Below, one piece after another: positions 55,809-63,230 of a stretch of 64,000 nucleotides of DNA. Position 1 is the first letter of the stretch, and every line of letters begins with the position of its first letter. Origin of the DNA: Candidatus Bathyarchaeum sp. GTDB taxonomy: Archaea; Thermoproteota; Bathyarchaeia; Bathyarchaeales; Bathyarchaeaceae. The stretch spans positions 2,363 through 66,362 of the forward strand of contig JAOZIF010000157.1 in NCBI GenBank assembly GCA_026014495.1. The letters run 5' to 3'. The translations under genes were made by a program, and so were the position numbers. Under the pieces are notes generated by a model. It did no database searches and was not told the DNA's origin. It saw only the letters and a list, made by a program, of their open reading frames with translations.

Positions 55809-56027
55809 TCACGTTTGTTCTAAAACTTCTCGCCATGTCTTCAGGCTCTCTTCTGCAGCCTTTTGGTCTAGCTTTTCGATTGCGTATCCCGCATGAACCA
55901 GCACGTATTCGCCGACTTTGGCGTCTACTAGCATAACGTTTACTTCTCGGGCAACTCCCTGCCCAAAATCTACCTTGGCAACGTCTCCGTTGACTTCAAG
56001 AACCTTTGCCGGAATCGCAAGACACAA
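55809..56027 (-). CDS. hypC: Hydrogenase assembly chaperone HypC
   Basis: MCLAIPAKV N-terminus with the essential Cys2. 72 aa. Confidence 0.85.
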   Translation of the reverse strand: MCLAIPAKVLEVNGDVAKVDFGQGVAREVNVMLVDAKVGEYVLVHAGYAIEKLDQKAAEESLKTWREVLEQT

Positions 56028-56140
56028 CTTTAATTCACCATATTGTTCGGAACTTTCCGAAACATTGTTTTGCTAACAAAAAGTGTCTGATTGCCCCTTT
56101 TATTTAACCTATTGGTTTTTCTGAACTTTGCTTTGTTGTT

Positions 56141-56482
56141 TTATCCTGAAGGGGTAAGCCAGTCTTTTTTGTTGCAGTTTGGGCATTTTAGGTCATAGGC
56201 AACGGCTTCACTGGGAACAGGGTCTGACCCTCGAAACTTTCGAGTAAATAATAACCTCAAATACGAAACGCTGAACCAGTGATTGCAGTTCTTGCACTGG
56301 AATTCTCTGAAATTTCTTTTATACTCAAAAGCCAAGAGTGCGAGCGGAATAGTGAGACCAGCAAAAACTAGGACAGCATACACTGCTTGATTTGATGCAA
56401 TAAACAGAACTATGAGTAAAACTCCAACAGAAACAGTCAACAAGACAAGCGTGTCCCTGATTCCATACCCTGAAGACACCAT
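56141..56482 (-). CDS. Two-TM protein with C-terminal zinc-ribbon, unknown function
   Basis: TM segments LVLLTVSVGVLLIVLFI and AVLVFAGLTIPLALLAF, then CKNC...CPNC. Lies between hypF and hypC on the same strand. Confidence 0.45.
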   Translation of the reverse strand: MVSSGYGIRDTLVLLTVSVGVLLIVLFIASNQAVYAVLVFAGLTIPLALLAFEYKRNFREFQCKNCNHWFSVSYLRLLFTRKFRGSDPVPSEAVAYDLKCPNCNKKDWLTPSG

Positions 56483-56533
56483 CTAGTTTTCATCCACATA
56501 CTCTATTTCTGGTCTACTTTGTCTAAAGCATTC

Positions 56534-58804
56534 CTACTTTTTCTGAAATCCTGCTACGATAGATTGACCAAAAGATGTTCCGCCATCACCTGCAGGAATT
56601 TTGGTGTGAACAAGAAACTTGTAGCCAGCCTTTTCCACAGTTTTCCGCATAGTTGCTGTTATGTGTTCATTGTATGCTACTCCACCAGAAAAACCGATAT
56701 TCTTGACTTGCAGTTTTTCAGCTTCTTTTAATGCTAATTGAGCCAATCCCTTTCCAATATATGCCTGTGTTGAACATGCCAAGTCTGCCACAGAAAACTT
56801 GTCTCTTTTGCTAAATATTTCGTGTACAAGAAACGTAGTATCTAATATGTTTCCATCAATTCTAGGCGCCAACTTTAGTGTGTCTTTGCCTTGTATTGCG
56901 GCTGATTCCAGTTTCATTGCGGGCTCACCTTCGTAGGTGCGTTCATAACATATTCCAAGCATGGCTGAAACCGCATCCAGAACCCTTCCACAGCTTGTGG
57001 TCTTTGTTTCAGAAGCTTTGTTTAGTTGTTTAATGATTAGTTCTGCCTCCGTTTTGCCATGAGGGAACTTGTCGCTAAGTGACAGTAGCCACTCTGACAC
57101 ATCCATTTTTTTGTGAAGTATTCCTGCAGCTATCCGTAACGGGTGATAGGTTGCCCTGTCGCCTCCTATAATGGGTTGACCTTCAAGATGTGCTACTCTT
57201 CTGAAGCCTTCCCTGTTTGTGTACAGGACTTCGCCTCCCCAAGCTGACCCATCAGCACCATAACCAAAGCCATCACATGTTACTGCAACAATTTCATTTA
57301 CATTCAATTCTGCCATCAGCGCCGCAGCATGAGCATGATGGTGCTGAACCCTAACAACCGGACAGCCAAGACTGTTTCCCAGTTTTTGAGCCAGCTTTGT
57401 GGTGGTGAATCTTGGGTGAAGGTCACATGCAACTGCTTCTACTTTGCAGTTGGTTAGCTTTGTCAGGTGAGCTATGGACTCTTTGAGAAAACGCAGATTT
57501 TCAAGATTTTCTACGTCTCCTATATGCTGGGAAATAAATGCCCTGTTCCCTGTTAAGATGCATGAGGTGACGTTTAGTTCTCCGCCAACTGCTAGTACGC
57601 AGCGCTCAGAAGCCTGTTTTAGTTGGATTGGTTCGGGTGCGTATCCTCGTGAGCGGCGAATCAGGCACGGGTTTTTGTCGTGGAAGCGGATAACCGAGTC
57701 GTCGCATCTTTGGGCTATTGGCCTGTTATGGAACAGGAAATAGTCAACTGTTTTGCCCAGCTTGGTTATTGCTTGGTTGTTGTCTGTGACTATGGGTTCG
57801 CTGGGTGGGTTTGCGCTGGTCATAACAAACGCGGGCTCTTTTACTTTGTCAAAGAGCATAGAATGTAGTCCAGTGTATGGGAGCATAACGCCTACGCTGT
57901 TTAGTTCTGGAGAAACCAGTTCTGATAGGTTATAGTTGTCTGCTTTTTTGAGTAGAATAATTGGTTTGCGGTAAGAAGTCAACAGTTTTGTTTCCCACGG
58001 GTTAACTTGCGCAAACGACTTGACTGTATCCAAGTCGGGAGCCATTATGGCGAACGGTTTCTGTTTTCTATGCTTGTCCCTTCGCAGTCTGGCGACAGGT
58101 TCTGTTTTGGTTGTGGCTGTGGCAACATGAAAGCCGCCATTTCCCTTAATCGCAACAATGCTACCTTCTTCTAGGTGCCTTCCAGTTTCTCTAATTGGGT
58201 CTTTGGATTCTATTGGTTCTCCTTTGTTTGTTGTTAAGTAGGCTTTTGGTCCACACTTGGAACATGCAACGGTCTGGGCATGAAACCGCCTGTTTGTTGG
58301 GTTACTATAGTCTTTGGCGCAGTCGTCGCACATGGGAAAGTTTTGCATTGTGGTGTTTGGTCGGTCATAGGGAAGCCTATTGATTACTGTGTATCTGGGT
58401 CCACAGTCTGTGCAGGTTATGAAAAAGTAGTCAAAACGTCTGTCTGTGGGGTCTCTTAGTTCATGTAAGCACTTATCACAGATTGAAACGTCAGGTGGTA
58501 TCACAGAGCCTGAAAGTTTTGCTTCGCCAGAGCTCTGTATTATCCTAAATTCGTTGAAGCCTTCTTCGTCTTTTTTTGTGTTTGTTGTTGTGTTGTATAT
58601 TTGCGCCAAAGCAGGCTTTTGTTTTTGTAAGTCTTCGATAAACTGGTTAACACTTTGCTCTTTTCCCTCAACAACTATCTCTACAACAGCGTCTCCCCTG
58701 TTTCGTACGTAGCCAACTAGCCCATTTTTCACTGCTGTCCGATAGACGAATGGACGAAAACCAACGCCCTGAACAATGCCGCTGACCATGATTTCGGCAC
58801 GCAA
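56534..58804 (-). CDS. hypF: Hydrogenase maturation carbamoyltransferase HypF
   Basis: Acylphosphatase VSGIVQGVGFRPFVY. Two double zinc fingers (CDKC..CTDCGPRY, CDDC..CSKCGP). YrdC-like and Kae1-like C-terminal halves. TTG start. Confidence 0.9.
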   Translation of the reverse strand: MRAEIMVSGIVQGVGFRPFVYRTAVKNGLVGYVRNRGDAVVEIVVEGKEQSVNQFIEDLQKQKPALAQIYNTTTNTKKDEEGFNEFRIIQSSGEAKLSGSVIPPDVSICDKCLHELRDPTDRRFDYFFITCTDCGPRYTVINRLPYDRPNTTMQNFPMCDDCAKDYSNPTNRRFHAQTVACSKCGPKAYLTTNKGEPIESKDPIRETGRHLEEGSIVAIKGNGGFHVATATTKTEPVARLRRDKHRKQKPFAIMAPDLDTVKSFAQVNPWETKLLTSYRKPIILLKKADNYNLSELVSPELNSVGVMLPYTGLHSMLFDKVKEPAFVMTSANPPSEPIVTDNNQAITKLGKTVDYFLFHNRPIAQRCDDSVIRFHDKNPCLIRRSRGYAPEPIQLKQASERCVLAVGGELNVTSCILTGNRAFISQHIGDVENLENLRFLKESIAHLTKLTNCKVEAVACDLHPRFTTTKLAQKLGNSLGCPVVRVQHHHAHAAALMAELNVNEIVAVTCDGFGYGADGSAWGGEVLYTNREGFRRVAHLEGQPIIGGDRATYHPLRIAAGILHKKMDVSEWLLSLSDKFPHGKTEAELIIKQLNKASETKTTSCGRVLDAVSAMLGICYERTYEGEPAMKLESAAIQGKDTLKLAPRIDGNILDTTFLVHEIFSKRDKFSVADLACSTQAYIGKGLAQLALKEAEKLQVKNIGFSGGVAYNEHITATMRKTVEKAGYKFLVHTKIPAGDGGTSFGQSIVAGFQKK

Positions 58805-59006
58805 AGCTTAGCCCATACCCCTCTAAACCAGAAAAACAACTTTAATTGCGCCACTAATAAAGAGATGCATTCCAAGAAAATAATTGTCTTGTTTTGTGTT
58901 GTTGAAACTGTTTGCTTCTCAAGATAAATAGTCCTGTCTTTTATTGCCAAATTTCAGTGACTTATAGCCGCTTTAAGAGAAAACTTTAAGTTTGATGTCA
59001 AGAAGT

Positions 59007-59025
59007 GAAGTATTCTCAATACTTC
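59007..59025. promoter_or_regulatory. Inverted repeat upstream of the FeS-MvhD/nfn genes (candidate operator)
   Basis: GAAGTATT-CTC-AATACTTC lies 32 nt upstream of ATG 59057, in the divergent hypF / nfn-cluster spacer. Confidence 0.25.
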
Positions 59026-59056
59026 AGGAAAAAATGACTTCTGAGTGGAGAGCAAG

Positions 59057-60265
59057 ATGACAAGTGAAACATGTCGAACCGCTGGAATAGAAATCGCAGA
59101 CGACTATTGTAGCCGCTGCGGTGTTTGTGTTGCTGTTTGTCCCTTCGAAGCCATATCAAAGGACGAAGAACAAAACAAAATCATTTTGGATGTAGAACAG
59201 TGTCGGGTATGCGGATTGTGTGTAACCGCCTGTCCAATGTCAGCAATTGACCTTGTGTATTATGATGTTGATTCGTTGACCAAGAAAGTCCAAGCTGAGA
59301 TGGCACAGAAAGGAGCAAAAACTCTTGTTTTGTCCTGTAGAGGCAGCAACCCTGTCACCTTCAATATTGAAGATACCCTTAAAGATGAAAATGTCGAAAA
59401 TTATGTGTCCCTTCGGCTGCCTTGTGTTGGGCGTATTCCCCCCGAGTTCTACATGAGCAACTTGGCTTCTGGCACCGAAAAGATTCTTGTGTTGCAGTGT
59501 GAAGAGGACTTTTGCCGCTTCAAGAAGGGCAGTAAGATTGGCATTAACAGGTTTGAGTTGTTAAAGGAAACCGTGGATGCGCTTGGATACGACCCAAACA
59601 ACCTTGTTATTAAAAAGAATTCTTTGAAGGCTGTCTATGACACCGAGAAATGTGTTGGCTGTGGCAAATGTGTTTTCATCTGTCCCTACGATGCGATAGT
59701 GTGGAAGGACGTTAGCACCCCTGAAATCAAAACTGAAGACTGTATGGGTTGCGGAGCCTGTGCTCTTGTTTGTCCACATCAAGCTATAGAGCTTAGAGGC
59801 TACGAGTTTGAGCCTGTCTCCGAGATTATCAAGAACTGCAGTAGCAAAGCCGCTAAAGCAAAAGCTCAGGGCAAAGCTGCTATTTTGTTGTTTGTTTGCC
59901 AGTGGTCAGAGTTTTCGGCTTTGGATGATGTTCAGAAGGGCTGCGTTACTGACGACATAACAATCATTGAACTTCCATGTGCTAAAGGCTTTGACCCTGT
60001 TTTGGTGTTGGAGGCTTTGAGTTTGGGCTTTGATGGTGTTATGGCTGTTATCTGCCCAGAAGAACTATGCAAACTTGAGGAAGGAACCTACTTGGGCGAA
60101 CGAAACTTCTCTGCTCTAAAAGTTGTTCTGAAACAGTATAACTTGGATGACCGTTTTGACTCCTTCCGTGTTAGCCCCAAGTATCCAGGAGAATTTGCGG
60201 CAAAACTTGAGGAGTTCAAGAAAAAGATTTCTTCTATTCCAGAATCGGAGGCAAAAAGCACCTAG
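59057..60265 (+). CDS. Tandem duplicated module: (2x[4Fe-4S] ferredoxin + MvhD-like domain) x2
   Basis: Repeat 1: CSRCGVCVAVCP and CRVCGLCVTACP, then TLVLSCRGSNP...LPCVGRIP...LVLQCEEDFC. Repeat 2: CVGCGKCVFICP and CMGCGACALVCP, then ILLFVCQWSEFSALDD...LPCAKGFDP...AVICPEELC. Both tails align by eye with the MvhD tail of the hdrA ORF in this window. Confidence 0.7.
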   Translation: MTSETCRTAGIEIADDYCSRCGVCVAVCPFEAISKDEEQNKIILDVEQCRVCGLCVTACPMSAIDLVYYDVDSLTKKVQAEMAQKGAKTLVLSCRGSNPVTFNIEDTLKDENVENYVSLRLPCVGRIPPEFYMSNLASGTEKILVLQCEEDFCRFKKGSKIGINRFELLKETVDALGYDPNNLVIKKNSLKAVYDTEKCVGCGKCVFICPYDAIVWKDVSTPEIKTEDCMGCGACALVCPHQAIELRGYEFEPVSEIIKNCSSKAAKAKAQGKAAILLFVCQWSEFSALDDVQKGCVTDDITIIELPCAKGFDPVLVLEALSLGFDGVMAVICPEELCKLEEGTYLGERNFSALKVVLKQYNLDDRFDSFRVSPKYPGEFAAKLEEFKKKISSIPESEAKST

Positions 60266-60277
60266 GACGTGAATTGT

Positions 60278-61114
60278 ATGTATAAGATAGTTGCGAAAAA
60301 AGAACTTGCACCCAACATATATCTAATTGAGGTTGCTGCACCAGATGTGGCTGCTAAGGCTAATCCTGGTCAGTTCGTGATTATACGCCTTGACGATAAG
60401 GGTGAACGTGTTCCCTTAACCATAGCGGGCGTTGATCTTGAGAAGGGAACTGTTGCTACTGCTTTTCATGCGGTTGGAAGAACCACAAAGAAGCTGGCAA
60501 AGGTGAATGCAGGAGAGTCTATAATGGACTTTTCTGGTCCTTTGGGAAACCCTGCTGAAGTCGGCAAGTTTGGTAAGGTGTTACTTGTTGGCGGTGGAGT
60601 CTGGTGTGCTCCGTTGCATTATGTTGCTACGACTCTTCGTAAAAACGGGAACAAGCTTGTTGTTGCTGCTGCAGGCAGAACCGAAAATGACATGGTTTAT
60701 GCAGATGAGTTGAAAGCTGTCAGCGACGTGTTCTATGTTGCTACTGACGATGGCTCTAAGGGCTCTGAGGGTCTTGACTTTTTGGCTGATGTGTTAAAGT
60801 CTGAAAAGTTTGATCATGCAGTTGTTATGGGTCCTGTTTCGATGCTAAAGAAGGTGGTTGAAATGACTCGTCCTTATGGTCTAAATACCATGGTTACTTT
60901 GGCTTCGCTGATGGTTGATGGCACGGGCATGTGTGGTGCGTGTCGTGTGACTGTTGGTGGAGAGACAAAGTTTGCTTGTATGGATGGTCCCGAGTTTAAT
61001 GGGCTTGACGTCGATTTTGATGAGCTTATTTCGAGGCAGCGTGTGTATTTGCCTGAGGAGAGGATGGCGTCTATGATTTATGATAAGCTTGGTGGAGGCG
61101 TAAAACGTGGATAA
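60278..61114 (+). CDS. nfnA: NfnA/SudB-like FAD/NAD(P)-binding [2Fe-2S] subunit
   Basis: MYKIVAKKELAPNIYLIEV N-terminus, GQFVIIR, VGGGVWCAPL, and C-terminal MVDGTGMCGACRV...CMDGPEF. Confidence 0.8.
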   Translation: MYKIVAKKELAPNIYLIEVAAPDVAAKANPGQFVIIRLDDKGERVPLTIAGVDLEKGTVATAFHAVGRTTKKLAKVNAGESIMDFSGPLGNPAEVGKFGKVLLVGGGVWCAPLHYVATTLRKNGNKLVVAAAGRTENDMVYADELKAVSDVFYVATDDGSKGSEGLDFLADVLKSEKFDHAVVMGPVSMLKKVVEMTRPYGLNTMVTLASLMVDGTGMCGACRVTVGGETKFACMDGPEFNGLDVDFDELISRQRVYLPEERMASMIYDKLGGGVKRG

Positions 61115-62516
61115 AGAACAAAGAAAACATGCAACTTCGATGGCGAAACAGGATGTTTTGGATCGGATTCACAATTTCTATGAAGTAGCGTTGGGTTATA
61201 CTCAGGAGCAGGCTATGGCTGAGGCTGAGCGTTGTCTGCAGTGTCCTAATCCTCGTTGTGTTCAGGGCTGTCCTGTGGATATTGATATTCCTGCTTTTAT
61301 CAAGGAGATTAAGGAAGGTAACTTTCTTGCTGCTAGTGCAAAGATAAAAGAGAAGAACAGTTTGCCTGCTGTTTGTGGGCGTGTTTGTCCTCAGGAGAAT
61401 CAGTGCCAGAAGATGTGTGTTATTGGTAAGATGGGTGACCCCATTTCTATTGGTAGGCTAGAGCGTTTTGCTTCTGATTATGAGCGCAAGATGGGCGTTA
61501 ACATTCCTGACAAGGATGTAGCTCCTGTTACTGGTAAAGTGGCGATTGTTGGTTCTGGTCCTGCAGGTCTTACTGTTGCCGCTGACTTGGTTAAGCTTGG
61601 TCATGAAGTTGCAATGTTTGAGTCTTTGCACTTGGCTGGCGGCGTTTTGATGTATGGTATTCCCGAGTTCCGTTTGCCAAAGGAGATTGTGCAGGCTGAA
61701 GTTGAATACATCAAGAAGCTTGGTGTTGACGTAAAAACTAACTATACTATTGGACGAATCTTTACTATCGACGAGTTGTTTGCTGACGGTTTTGATGCAA
61801 TCTTTGTTGGCAGCGGTGCAGGTCTTCCTCGTTTCATGGGTATTCCGGGCGAGAACTTGGGCGGAGTTTATTCTGCTAACGAGTTTTTGATTCGGGTTAA
61901 CTTGATGAAAGGTTACCTGTTCCCAGAGTATGATACTCCTATCAGAATTGGCAAGAATGTTGCTGTTATTGGTGGTGGTAACGTTGCTATGGACTCTGCT
62001 CGTTGCAGTTTAAGGCTGGGTGCAGAGAAAGTTTACATTGTTTATCGCAGGTCCCGTGAAGAGCTTCCTGCAAGGGAAGAAGAGGCTGAGAACGCTGAGG
62101 AAGAAGGCATCATCTTCCGGCTGTTGAATAATCCAACCAAGTTTGTTGGTGACGAGAGCGGCTGGGTAAGTGGTATGGAGTGTATCAAGATGGAGCTTGG
62201 TGAGCCTGATGCTTCTGGACGTCGTAGACCAGTTCCTGTTGAAGGTTCTGAGTTCATGATGGATATTGATACTGCAATTATTGCGATTGGGCAGACTCCG
62301 AATCCTTTGATTCAGCGGACTACTGAAGGTCTTGAGACTACTAAGTGGGGTACTATCGTTGTTAACGAGGAGACTGGTGCAGCGACAAAAGAGGGAGTTT
62401 ATGCTGGCGGTGACGTTGTGAGCGGCGCGGCTACGGTTATTAGTGCTATGGGTGCCGGAAAGAAGGCTGCCAAAGGCATTCACGAGTACATCAAAAAGAA
62501 GAAGGGCGGCAAGTAG
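61107..62516 (+). CDS. nfnB: NfnB/GltD/SudA-like NADPH-dependent oxidoreductase (glutamate synthase small-subunit family)
   Basis: RCLQCPNPRCVQGCPV, AVCGRVCPQENQCQ, VAIVGSGPAGLTVAADL, VIGGGNVAMD, and AGGDVV. Overlaps the nfnA-like gene by 8 nt. Confidence 0.85.
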   Translation: MDKEQRKHATSMAKQDVLDRIHNFYEVALGYTQEQAMAEAERCLQCPNPRCVQGCPVDIDIPAFIKEIKEGNFLAASAKIKEKNSLPAVCGRVCPQENQCQKMCVIGKMGDPISIGRLERFASDYERKMGVNIPDKDVAPVTGKVAIVGSGPAGLTVAADLVKLGHEVAMFESLHLAGGVLMYGIPEFRLPKEIVQAEVEYIKKLGVDVKTNYTIGRIFTIDELFADGFDAIFVGSGAGLPRFMGIPGENLGGVYSANEFLIRVNLMKGYLFPEYDTPIRIGKNVAVIGGGNVAMDSARCSLRLGAEKVYIVYRRSREELPAREEEAENAEEEGIIFRLLNNPTKFVGDESGWVSGMECIKMELGEPDASGRRRPVPVEGSEFMMDIDTAIIAIGQTPNPLIQRTTEGLETTKWGTIVVNEETGAATKEGVYAGGDVVSGAATVISAMGAGKKAAKGIHEYIKKKKGGK

Positions 62517-62529
62517 AGCTAGTTAAGTG

Positions 62530-62580
62530 GGTAACTTCGGTTACCGTCTTTTCTTTATTTTTTGTTTTTTTGTTTGTTTA
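62530..62580 (+). terminator. C(UUCG)G tetraloop hairpin followed by a long T-rich tract
   Basis: GGTAAC-TTCG-GTTACC (62530-62545), 14 nt after the nfnB-like stop, followed by TCTTTTCTTTATTTTTTGTTTTTTTG. Confidence 0.45.
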
Positions 62581-62733
62581 GTTTGTCGTTTTTCGTATCG
62601 TTTATTAGCGTCGTTTTTGTTTTGGTTTACACTCCGACAATTAGTGTATTATTTGCCCTTCGGGCGGGTGAGGTTGAGTTTGTTGTCTGAAAACAAGTCT
62701 GCTAATGATGTTAAGGCGTCTAGGTCAATTAGT

Positions 62734-63225
62734 ATGGGTGACATTGACCTCACGTTCAAGTATGAGATGAGTGAGGTTCCTGGGTTTGAGAAGCTCAGAT
62801 TGTGTTTTCAGTGTGGCAGTTGCACTGCTGACTGTCCCATCGCACGGTTTAGTGAGCTTTATCATCCCCGTAAACTTATGCGTATGACGCAGTTGGGCAT
62901 GAAGAACAGGGTTATTGGTTCTGAGGCTTTGTGGTTGTGTGCTGCCTGTTTTACGTGTGTTGACCATTGTCCTCAGGGCGTGGATATTGCGGGTGTTATA
63001 CGTGCGTTACGTAACATTGCTGTGCGTGAAGGTGTTGTTCCACAGGTTTTCAGGGAGCTAACAAATAACATCCTAACGACGGGTTACGCTTACAAGATTC
63101 CTGAGATGCGTCATAAGAAGCGTGCTGAGCGGGGTTTGCCTGATTTGCCAAAAGCTAACACGGGTGATGTTGCTAAATTGTTTGATGTTTTGGCTGTCTC
63201 TAAGTTTGCAAAAAAGGAGAAATGA
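62734..63225 (+). CDS. hdrC: Heterodisulfide reductase subunit C
   Basis: CFQCGSCTADCP and CAACFTCVDHCP. The start is taken at ATG 62734 because the listed ORF's first 69 codons translate the T-rich terminator/spacer. Confidence 0.8.
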   Translation: MGDIDLTFKYEMSEVPGFEKLRLCFQCGSCTADCPIARFSELYHPRKLMRMTQLGMKNRVIGSEALWLCAACFTCVDHCPQGVDIAGVIRALRNIAVREGVVPQVFRELTNNILTTGYAYKIPEMRHKKRAERGLPDLPKANTGDVAKLFDVLAVSKFAKKEK

Positions 63226-63230
63226 CTGTT

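Noticed and set aside
55085-55936. 283-aa ORF on the plus strand
   Set aside because: It lies exactly antisense to hypB and hypC, both of which have unambiguous motifs. Its translation is S/F/L/T-rich low complexity, typical of a shadow ORF.
62527-62733. N-terminal 69 codons of the listed hdrC ORF
   Set aside because: They translate the terminator hairpin and the T-rich spacer into an F/L/C-rich string. HdrC homology begins at MGDIDL (ATG 62734).
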